A stretch of 64,000 nucleotides of DNA from assembly GCA_036676985.1 (NCBI GenBank), contig JAKFBU010000019.1, positions 1-64,000 on the forward strand, read 5' to 3'. The notes beneath the pieces were generated by a model. The model had not been told where the DNA came from. It did no database searches and worked only from the letters and a program-made list of their open reading frames with translations. Position 1 is the first letter of the stretch. Each line of letters opens with the position of its first letter. Of this stretch, positions 1 through 7,102 are shown one piece after another. A program made the translations under genes and the position numbers. This DNA is from Candidatus Sericytochromatia bacterium (GTDB lineage: Bacteria; Cyanobacteriota; Sericytochromatia; S15B-MN24; UBA4093).

Positions 1-244
1 ACCATGCCCATGCGTGTATCTCGAAAGCCTTGCGCAAGCTCTTCCTCCCTGTGAACGGACCCACCCTACATACCCGCCTTCGTCCGGGGTTCCACCCGAG
101 GGTCGCTTGATCTATTAGCAGGTTCTCAGGAAAATGGAGTCATGTCGCCCGGCGACATAACGCCGCGGACCGCAGCGAGGGGGTCCGTGGAGGCCACGCC
201 CACCCCAGACGAGGCCCTCGTTTGGCTCAATGGAGAGCACAGAC

Positions 245-373
245 ATGGAAGATATCGTACGCGCCAAGCTCCTGGAGGCCCTGCAAGCCGCCTCCCGTCG
301 TGAAGGACACTCCGCCGTGCTGGCCATCAGCGAGGCGATCGCCATGATGGACAAGCACACGCCCGCATCCTAG
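245..373 (+). CDS. small hypothetical protein (42 aa, MEDIVRAKLLEALQAASRREGHSAVLAISEAIAMMDKHTPAS)
   Basis: GGAG RBS at ~232, ATG 245, TAG 371-373, GC3-rich codons, followed by a hairpin; below the ORF-track length cutoff. Confidence 0.6.
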   Translation: MEDIVRAKLLEALQAASRREGHSAVLAISEAIAMMDKHTPAS

Positions 374-387
374 TCCACCCTACAAGC

Positions 388-417
388 CGCGCCCCCGGGG
401 AATCCCCCGGGGGCGCG
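388..417 (+). terminator. GC-rich hairpin terminator (CCCCCGG..CCGGGGG stem family)
   Basis: cgcgcccccgggg-aatc-ccccgggggcgcg between convergent genes. Confidence 0.65.
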
Positions 418-449
418 TCGCTATTCAGGACCTTGGATCGTCTCCGCTA

Positions 450-548
450 GAGACCCTCAACAAACCCGTTCACCCAGGAATCGGTCGTATTCGAGACCCT
501 CAACCAATCCGTTCACATTGAGCCCGGTCGAAATGCGAACGGTTCCTC
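450..548. repeat. REP-like element, family A (CCGTTC..TTGAGCCYGGTCGAAA..GAACGG), with a partial tandem copy
   Basis: gagaccctcaac..ccgttcac at 450 and 493; related copies at 20658-20825 and 43297-43595. Confidence 0.75.
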
Positions 549-575
549 CCGTGCATGTAGACGGGAAGAAAAGCG

Positions 576-1088
576 CTAAGGCCCGAGCTTGACAGTCATC
601 CCCGCGATCGCATCGTCCAGCCGATTGAACGCCTCCGGCGCCGGGCCGCTGACCGACACCGAATGCGTCCCGCCCTCGAGGGTCAGCGTGATGGAGCGCA
701 TGCCGCCGCCCACCGCTCCCGAGTCCACCGTCTGCGGCAGGTCGATGAAGCGCGGCTGCCCACCCCCCGGCGACTCGAAGGCCATGTCCACCAGCCGCTG
801 GAGCTGATCGCGCGACAGCATGCCGGCTCCGATGCCCTCCTTCTTCACGGGCTTGACGTACGGATACACCCGCGAGGCGATCCAGTCGCCGTTGCCGTAA
901 ACGGTGAGCGAGCTCTCGCTGTAATACTGCGGCGCGACGGCCCCCGAGCGGTAGCGCTGCTCGATGACGGGCAGGCTCGCGTTGCTGTTGTATCTAGGCT
1001 GCATGCCACCCCACCGCAAGAACCCTCCGCCCGCGGCGCATCCGCCGAGCAGGGTCACGACCGCCATCAACGTCAGTACCTTACGCAT
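576..1088 (-). CDS. hypothetical lipoprotein
   Basis: signal peptide with lipobox LLGGC; good codon bias. Confidence 0.75.
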   Translation of the reverse strand: MRKVLTLMAVVTLLGGCAAGGGFLRWGGMQPRYNSNASLPVIEQRYRSGAVAPQYYSESSLTVYGNGDWIASRVYPYVKPVKKEGIGAGMLSRDQLQRLVDMAFESPGGGQPRFIDLPQTVDSGAVGGGMRSITLTLEGGTHSVSVSGPAPEAFNRLDDAIAGMTVKLGP

Positions 1089-1136
1089 GCGCCCATCCTA
1101 AAGGGGGAGCCCCGGGCGGTCAACCCGGGGCCCTCA

Positions 1137-1487
1137 CTACTTGTCCTCCACCGCTCCGCTGGCCTCTTCCCAGGCCTCGAAGCCGCCCCTCAGGGCCCGC
1201 GCATCGTATCCCTGATCCCGGAGCTTCTGCGCCACACGGGCGCTCGTGCCCTCGTTCGGTCAGGTGCAGTAGGTCACCACCAGCGCATCCTTCGCGACGG
1301 GCAGCTCGACGTGCTCCGCCATCAGGAGATCGTCCGGCTCGACGCGCTGGGCGTCCTGGATCTTGACGGGGCTGTTGCGGTACGAGCCGCGCCGCACGTC
1401 GATGATGTGGAGCGGCCGCCCGCTCCGCTGCTGATGCTGCAGCTCCGTCGAATCGATGCGGGGAACCTCCTTGGTCGATTGGGTCAT
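1137..1487 (-). CDS. rhodanese-like selenoprotein (CxU motif, in-frame UGA at 1260-1262)
   Basis: IIDVR..YCT-TGA-PNEGTSARVAQKLRDQGYDARALRGGFEAW..TAG; the rhodanese domain is complete only with read-through; AGGAGG RBS. Confidence 0.85.
1221..1245 (-). promoter_or_regulatory. putative bacterial SECIS hairpin
   Basis: GCGCC-CGUGU-GGCGC stem-loop 17-31 nt downstream of the UGA, with GU in the apical loop. Confidence 0.6.
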
Positions 1488-1516
1488 CGCGCACCTCCTT
1501 GCATGAGGCCATCATG

Positions 1517-1551
1517 CCGAACGGACCGCGCCTGTGGCGCGGTCCGTTCGG
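1517..1551. other. perfect 16-bp intercistronic hairpin between queF and the rhodanese gene
   Basis: ccgaacggaccgcgcc-tgt-ggcgcggtccgttcgg; no U-tract on the coding strand. Confidence 0.6.
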
Positions 1552-1575
1552 ACGAAAATTCGACGGACCTTGCGT

Positions 1576-1968
1576 CTACTTGCGGTAGGTCGCGGTCACG
1601 ACGGTCTTGATGCCGCCGCGCACCGTGAAGTCCCCGACCACCTGCATGTAGCGGGGCGAGACGGCCGCCACGAGATCGTCCAGGATGCGGTTGGTGACGT
1701 TCTCATGGAAGATGCCCGTGTTCCGGAACGAGCCCAGGTAGAGCTTCAGGCTTTTGAGCTCCACGCACTTCACGTCGGGCGTGTAGTCGATCCGGATCTC
1801 CGCGAAGTCCGGCTGGCCCGTGATGGGGCAGTAGGCCGTGAACTCGGGGCAGACGAACTGGATGAGGTAATCCCGGCCCGGATGGGTGTTGTCGAAGGTC
1901 TCGAGTTTGGCCTCTTCAGGGCTCTGGGGAAACGGGGTCGGACGCCCCAGCTGAGTCAGGCTCTCCAT
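1576..1968 (-). CDS. queF: NADPH-dependent 7-cyano-7-deazaguanine (preQ0) reductase, unimodular
   Basis: [26 protein letters not shown] and FHE motifs. Confidence 0.95.
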   Translation of the reverse strand: MESLTQLGRPTPFPQSPEEAKLETFDNTHPGRDYLIQFVCPEFTAYCPITGQPDFAEIRIDYTPDVKCVELKSLKLYLGSFRNTGIFHENVTNRILDDLVAAVSPRYMQVVGDFTVRGGIKTVVTATYRK

Positions 1969-2002
1969 GGAAGTTCGGGTTCCTTTCTTGTGGTGACCAG
2001 CC

Positions 2003-2086
2003 TTAGAGCGCCTAACAAGACTGTTCCATCAAGCCGCCGGTAGGCGGCCACAGGCGGCACATGCCTGGTTTTGTTGGGTGCTCTAA
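2003..2086. mobile_element. MITE-like element with 19-bp terminal inverted repeats
   Basis: TTAGAGCGCCTAACAAGAC ... GTTTTGTTGGGTGCTCTAA (16/19 match). Confidence 0.5.
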
Positions 2087-2087
2087 C

Positions 2088-2116
2088 ACGTTACCCACTC
2101 CCGAAAGCCCTGTCAA
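2088..2116 (-). promoter_or_regulatory. sigma70-type promoter of queF
   Basis: TTGACA-N17-TAACGT on the minus strand. Confidence 0.6.
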
Positions 2117-2154
2117 TGTGGGCCACGGCCCCGCAACCGTGCTAGCATGGAGGC

Positions 2155-2469
2155 ATGAATACCGAACGCCGAAGCCTGAGCTTCCCCAAACTCACCGGGC
2201 TGCGCCCGACTCTCGAGTCCACCGCCCTCAAGCTGATGGAGGAGGCCGGCGAGCTGGCCCAGGCCATCGGCAAGTTCCGTGGCATGTCCGGCGAGACCGG
2301 CGCCCTGCCCGGCCAGGAGTCCCTCGGGCTCATCGCGGGCGAGCTGCTCGACGTCGCCCAGACGGCCGCCACCATGATGTACGTGCTGCAGGACCAGCAC
2401 GGCGTCGATCTGGACACCCTCATGGCCCAGCACGAGGCCAAGCTCAAGACCAAGGGCTACCTGGTCTAA
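2155..2469 (+). CDS. MazG-like nucleotide pyrophosphohydrolase family protein
   Basis: KLMEEAGELAQAI...GELLDVAQ (EExxE..ExxD) motif. Confidence 0.8.
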   Translation: MNTERRSLSFPKLTGLRPTLESTALKLMEEAGELAQAIGKFRGMSGETGALPGQESLGLIAGELLDVAQTAATMMYVLQDQHGVDLDTLMAQHEAKLKTKGYLV

Positions 2470-2479
2470 TCCCCTATTC

Positions 2480-2518
2480 GCAACAGCGGCCCCTGTCTCG
2501 ACAGGGGCCGCTGTTGCA
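2480..2518 (+). terminator. intrinsic terminator hairpin
   Basis: gcaacagcggcccctgtc-tc-gacaggggccgctgttgc. Confidence 0.7.
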
Positions 2519-2551
2519 TATTCGGGGGTCCATCCGCAGGGGCTACCGATA

Positions 2552-2589
2552 TGATATTCATTACCAGAGGTATATGATGATCATCTTTA
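2552..2589 (+). promoter_or_regulatory. putative Fur-family box(es)
   Basis: TGATATT-C-ATTACCA (12/14 to the 7-1-7 TGATAATnATTATCA consensus) plus a weaker TGATGATCATCTTTA. Confidence 0.55.
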
Positions 2590-2635
2590 CATCACATCAC
2601 CATGCGGTCCGACCGCAACCTACCAGGAGGTGACC

Positions 2636-3418
2636 ATGCGCTCATTATGGATGCCGACCCTCATGGCCGTGCCACTCCTGGCAGGCTGTCCCTCGAGCCC
2701 GCAATTGATCACGGGCCAACCCTTGCCGCCGTATGCGACCAAACCGATGATGTACCCGACACCCATGCCCATGCCCATGATGACGAGCGCTCCGACCTAC
2801 CCCGGCATGGTCTACCCGGTCCCCACCCTCGTGTCGGACGGGCCTAGCCTCGATGACGCCTACCATCTCGTGCAGCGCTACGTGGCCCAGCACTATCCCG
2901 AGTCGGAGCTCGTGGCCATTCGGTCGACCCAGGTCGGCCCGCCCGGACGGATCGCCAGGGCGGGCTCCTGGTCGTTCACATTCCGCGCGCCGGCGTCCGA
3001 CGCGTCGAGCAGCGCCAGGACACAAGCGATCGCGATCCCTTCGCAGTTCGAAGGGCAGCAACTCACGTTCAAGCTCAACGGACAGCTCGAGCTCTTTGCC
3101 CCCGAGGTGAAGGAGAGGACCCCGCTACACACCATCGACTTCGCCCGTACCATTCCCCTCAGCAAGGCCCTCGAGGCATGCCTGGGCTACGGCATGGCGT
3201 TCGGTCCCGGCGGCGTCTCGGTCAACCTTCTCTCGGACGCCGCCGACGGCCCCTACTACGAGATCGACAACGGCATCGGCTATCAATTGACCTCGCCCAG
3301 CCCGAGCCCGTACGGCTCCGGGACCCTCAACCAGGGCGGCTACATCCCGGCCTACGTCCGCGCCAAGTATCGGATCGATGCCCTGACGGGGGATCTGATC
3401 GAGCGCATGAGTCCCTAG
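2636..3418 (+). CDS. hypothetical lipoprotein, Pro/Met-rich N-terminus, PepSY-like C-terminus
   Basis: lipobox LLAGC, AGGAGG RBS, C-terminal YRIDALTGDLI. Confidence 0.7.
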   Translation: MRSLWMPTLMAVPLLAGCPSSPQLITGQPLPPYATKPMMYPTPMPMPMMTSAPTYPGMVYPVPTLVSDGPSLDDAYHLVQRYVAQHYPESELVAIRSTQVGPPGRIARAGSWSFTFRAPASDASSSARTQAIAIPSQFEGQQLTFKLNGQLELFAPEVKERTPLHTIDFARTIPLSKALEACLGYGMAFGPGGVSVNLLSDAADGPYYEIDNGIGYQLTSPSPSPYGSGTLNQGGYIPAYVRAKYRIDALTGDLIERMSP

Positions 3419-3433
3419 CGATCGCACCCTCGC

Positions 3434-3471
3434 AACGAAACGGGGCGGCCGGTTGGCCGCCCCGTTTCGTT
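3434..3471. terminator. bidirectional terminator
   Basis: aacgaaacggggcggcc-ggtt-ggccgccccgtttcgtt between convergent genes. Confidence 0.8.
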
Positions 3472-3484
3472 TGGGGATGGGGGA

Positions 3485-4948
3485 TTAGAGCGCGAGCGCC
3501 TTCTGGAGGTTGATGCGACCGAAGCCGTACTTGCTGTTGCGGCCCTCGGAGCCCTTGTGGTCGACGCTGTTGTCGATGGTGTAGTGCACCTGCTGCGGGG
3601 TCCAGTTGGGGTGCTTGGCCCAGATGAGCGCCGCCTCGCCGGCCACGAAGGGAGCCGCCATCGAGGTGCCCGAGAGCTTGGCGTAGCCGGTGGCGCCGGT
3701 GCGGTTGGCATCCAGGGGGACCGTCGACCAGATGCCGCCGCCGGGGGCCGCGACCTCGACCTTGCTGCCGCGGTTCGAGAACCACGAGAGGTACTCCCAG
3801 AAGAGGAACTTGGAGGTCGAGCTGACGGCGATCGCACCCGGGTCGTTGGCGGGCGAGCCCACCTCGCCGTGGTTGTTGCCGGCCGCCGCGATGACGATGA
3901 CGCCCTTCTGGTTGGCGTACTTGATGGCCGCCGAGAGCGCGGGGTCGATGGTGGTGTCGGGCGAGCCCAGGCTCATGTTGATGATCTTGGCGCCCATGTC
4001 GGCCGCGTACTTGATGCCGTTGACGACCGCCGCCGTCGAGCCCTGACCGTTGTCGCCGAGGACCTTGATGGCGAGAATCCGGACGTTCCACGCCACACCC
4101 GCGACGCCCACGCCGTTGTTGCCCGCGGCGCCGATGATGCCGGCCACGTGGGTGCCGTGACCGAAGCGGTCCATCACGTCCGCGTTGTTGTCCGCGAAGT
4201 TCCAGCCCTTGAGGACGCGGCCGCCGAACTCGGGGTGGCGGTAGTCGACGCCCGTGTCGAGCACGGCGACCGTCACGCCGCTGGCGTTGATGTTCTGGCC
4301 CCAGGCCTCGGGAGCGTTGATCTTCTCCTCGGCCCACTGCTTGTCCATGAAGGGGTCGTTGGGCTCGACCACCGCGCCGGCGACGCCGTAGATGCGGTTG
4401 GGAGTCACGCTCGCCACGCCGGTGTTCTGACCGTAGCGGCGGAGGCCCTCCTCGACGGACATGCCCGCGGGCAGGTTGATGACCTGGTACTTGTTGCCGA
4501 GGTCGATGTTGAAGGCGACGCGAGCGCCCGAGTCGGCCGTGAAGCGGGCGACGTTGTACTGGGCGACGGCGCCGGGCTTGAGCTGCACGATGATCTGGTT
4601 GCGGACGATGCCGGCCTTGGTGAGGGCGAAGTCCGCCCCCTCGGCCGCCGCGCCGCCGGCGTCGGGATCGTCCACGATGGTGCCCGCGCCGGGCATCAGG
4701 GAGCCGATGGCCGAATCGCCGAAGTCGGCCGCCAGCGCCTCGGCGCTCTGCTCGACGGGCAGGTCGCCCAGACCGGTGCTCGGGGCCTTCTGGCCGGCCG
4801 TGTTGTTGCCGACCAGGGAAGACTGCTGGAGGGAGCTGCCGCCCAGGGACGTGGGAGGCGTCATCGGCTTGCCGCAGCCCGTGAGGCCAATGGTCGCCGC
4901 GACCAGCACAGCGGTCAGCGTCAGCGACTGGCGAATCATCCGATGCAT
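3485..4948 (-). CDS. S8 family (subtilisin/thermitase-like) serine peptidase, lipoprotein
   Basis: catalytic motifs VLDTG, HGTHVAG, GTSMAAP; lipobox GLTGC. Confidence 0.95.
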   Translation of the reverse strand: MHRMIRQSLTLTAVLVAATIGLTGCGKPMTPPTSLGGSSLQQSSLVGNNTAGQKAPSTGLGDLPVEQSAEALAADFGDSAIGSLMPGAGTIVDDPDAGGAAAEGADFALTKAGIVRNQIIVQLKPGAVAQYNVARFTADSGARVAFNIDLGNKYQVINLPAGMSVEEGLRRYGQNTGVASVTPNRIYGVAGAVVEPNDPFMDKQWAEEKINAPEAWGQNINASGVTVAVLDTGVDYRHPEFGGRVLKGWNFADNNADVMDRFGHGTHVAGIIGAAGNNGVGVAGVAWNVRILAIKVLGDNGQGSTAAVVNGIKYAADMGAKIINMSLGSPDTTIDPALSAAIKYANQKGVIVIAAAGNNHGEVGSPANDPGAIAVSSTSKFLFWEYLSWFSNRGSKVEVAAPGGGIWSTVPLDANRTGATGYAKLSGTSMAAPFVAGEAALIWAKHPNWTPQQVHYTIDNSVDHKGSEGRNSKYGFGRINLQKALAL

Positions 4949-5067
4949 GGCTCCCCCTCCTCTACGTGCCACCCCATGGCACGCTCACTTGAGAAGCTAT
5001 CGGGAGGATCGAAAGCAGAGTTGCGGTAAGAAGCTGAAGGCCAACGTAAGCTTTCGGAAAACTTACG

Positions 5068-6093
5068 TTAAGGCGTCGCGGCGCCGTCGGTGCCGCGCGG
5101 CAGGGGACCGGTGGGGCGGCGGGCAGGAGCCAGGTTCGGCAGGCGTACCAGGAGCTGGTCACCGGAGTGCAGGGAGCTGTTGCCCGCCGCGAGCTGCTCG
5201 CGGTAGCGCTCCACCGAGAAGTCGAGGAAGTTGGCCGGATCCTGGTTGATGATCTGGAAGTAGGCGTCGTGCATCATCATCTTGCCGACGAGCAGATCGT
5301 GGCCCAGGCAGAGCATGTAGTTGGCGGCGTCCGGCGCGATGAGGGGCGGCGGATCGATGGGCGTCTCCGGCGTGTAGGTGAGCACCAGCTCGTTGCGCTC
5401 GAGCGCCACCGCCGTGGGACGGCCGACGGCCTTGGGCGCCGGGAAGATCTCGGCCGGATCGATCGTGATCTGGTTGCCCCGGACCCGGAAGGGGCCGTCG
5501 TGGGGCAGATCCATCAGGCCCTCGAGGTCCAGCTTGAAGAGCTTGATCATACCCCCGATGCCGACCTCGGAGACGGCGATCCGGTGCGGCAGCAGCTCCA
5601 TGAAGCCGCCGGGACCGACGCTCACCTCGCTCTCGAGGGTGATGGGCAGATCGAAGCCCATCTTGTGGACCTTGCCGCGCAGGACTAGGCGATCGCCCAC
5701 GATCGAGAGCCGCGCCTCCCGGAGGGGATGTCCCGCCGCGGGCAGGACGTAGCGGTTCAGGAGGGCCTCCAGGCTGGGGGCCGACAGGCGGATCTGACCC
5801 TGCCGGATGGCGAAGACGTAGGAGTCCTTGAGCTCGGGGATGAGCGGGCGATCCGGATCCTTGACCTGCAGGTCCGCAACGAAGTCCCGGAGCTTCAGGA
5901 CGACGGCGTCATCGAAGAACAGACGCGCGTTCTGGGCCCAGACGCGCATGGCGCCGGGTGCGATCTCGGCGAGCGCCTGCTCCTCGGCAGTGGCCCGCTT
6001 CTGGGTGATGAGCGTCCGCCCGAAGGCCTGGACGAACGCCGACAGGATCTGCGCCTGGGTTTTGATGCGGCGCGGAAAGGACTTCTGTTGCAT
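5068..6093 (-). CDS. hypothetical protein (possible LmeA/DUF2993-like beta-rich lipid-binding fold)
   Basis: long ORF with host codon bias; fold guess is weak. Confidence 0.6.
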   Translation of the reverse strand: MQQKSFPRRIKTQAQILSAFVQAFGRTLITQKRATAEEQALAEIAPGAMRVWAQNARLFFDDAVVLKLRDFVADLQVKDPDRPLIPELKDSYVFAIRQGQIRLSAPSLEALLNRYVLPAAGHPLREARLSIVGDRLVLRGKVHKMGFDLPITLESEVSVGPGGFMELLPHRIAVSEVGIGGMIKLFKLDLEGLMDLPHDGPFRVRGNQITIDPAEIFPAPKAVGRPTAVALERNELVLTYTPETPIDPPPLIAPDAANYMLCLGHDLLVGKMMMHDAYFQIINQDPANFLDFSVERYREQLAAGNSSLHSGDQLLVRLPNLAPARRPTGPLPRGTDGAATP

Positions 6094-6188
6094 GGGTGCA
6101 TGATAGCAGAGGCGGCGCGCACCCCTCGTGCCGGGCATCACGCGGCGAGGCGCGACTCGTGAGCATTCCAGGCAGCCGGTCGTTGGCC

Positions 6189-6282
6189 GTCATCCCGGTC
6201 AGGCCGGGATCCAGGGTCGGCTCAACGGGTGCCTACCGGGCCAGAACACACGTATCCCCGCCCTTGCGGGCGGGGATACGTG
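6189..6282. repeat. REP-like palindrome (GTCATCCCGG..CCGGGATCCA type) plus a second hairpin
   Basis: gtcatcccggtcaggccgggatccag; cacgtatccccgccc-ttgc-gggcggggatacgtg. Confidence 0.55.
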
Positions 6283-6316
6283 CGGGATGGTGGGAGGAAA
6301 CGGCGGGTTGCTCGGG

Positions 6317-6745
6317 CTATGCGCCTTTGCTGACCGCTTGCGGGAGAGACTGGGTCGCGATGTCGCGCAACAGCAAGTTGCAGCAATCGCTCAGGAATTC
6401 GAAGAGCCAGGGAAGACGCCCCGGGGGCAACGCCAGGCGCTCTTGGCCGTGGCCCGAGCGTCCGAGCGCTCGAAGGGCCGGCTCTGCCTGGGCGAGGGCC
6501 TCCACCAGGGACGCCTTCGGATAGAGGGGCTGGGCGACGCGCATGAGGGTCCGCCCCATGGGGAGCTCCGGGCTCGCGGCGAGCTCGCGGCGAACCTGCT
6601 GGCAGGCCTCGGCGGCGGCGAACAGGCGATCGCGCTCGGCCTGATCCAGGGAGCTGCCGTAGTTGAGGAGACGCGAAAGAAGCATGGCGGCTTCCGACCA
6701 GGTCAGGCCGAGGTGGTAAGCGGCGAAGTGCTCGGGAGTGCCCAT
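6317..6745 (-). CDS. hypothetical helical protein
   Basis: GAGGAG RBS before ATG 6745; extended -10 TGnTATGAT upstream. Confidence 0.6.
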   Translation of the reverse strand: MGTPEHFAAYHLGLTWSEAAMLLSRLLNYGSSLDQAERDRLFAAAEACQQVRRELAASPELPMGRTLMRVAQPLYPKASLVEALAQAEPALRALGRSGHGQERLALPPGRLPWLFEFLSDCCNLLLRDIATQSLPQAVSKGA

Positions 6746-7102
6746 GGGTGGTTCTCCTCTGGTCGCAAACCCAGGAAGCGAAGGCCTCCTGCCAGCATGT
6801 TGCCTCGAAACCATCGTGCGCTGTTGGCGTGACGGCTTTGTTGACAACTGGTGATGGTCATCATAGCACAATCAAGCAAGCGGATCCACCCTTCGGCCAA
6901 ATTCGCCGAAACCGCCCCGAGCCCTTGCGCACGACCGGAGGCCTCATCGGGCCATCCCTTCATCCGAGGATCCGATCGTCCCAGTGGCCGCCCATTAGCC
7001 TCTGATCCGCTGTCGGCGCAGCCTTGAAGCGCACGTGGTAGAATGTGGCGCCTATCGAGCCACGCCTCGTTCCCCCTGCCATCTCATGGAGGAGTACGCT
7101 GC

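Noticed and set aside
1260-1487. Rhodanese pseudogene or 75-aa truncated protein
   Set aside because: The stop is a TGA exactly at a Cys-equivalent active-site position, with an intact downstream frame and a SECIS-like hairpin; Sec read-through is more parsimonious.
1969-2090. preQ1 riboswitch upstream of queF
   Set aside because: No preQ1-I stem-loop with A-rich tail; the region is explained by the inverted-repeat element.
6746-6870. Riboswitch (e.g. c-di-GMP-I) in a long leader
   Set aside because: Only a generic hairpin; conserved riboswitch motifs are not in the right order.
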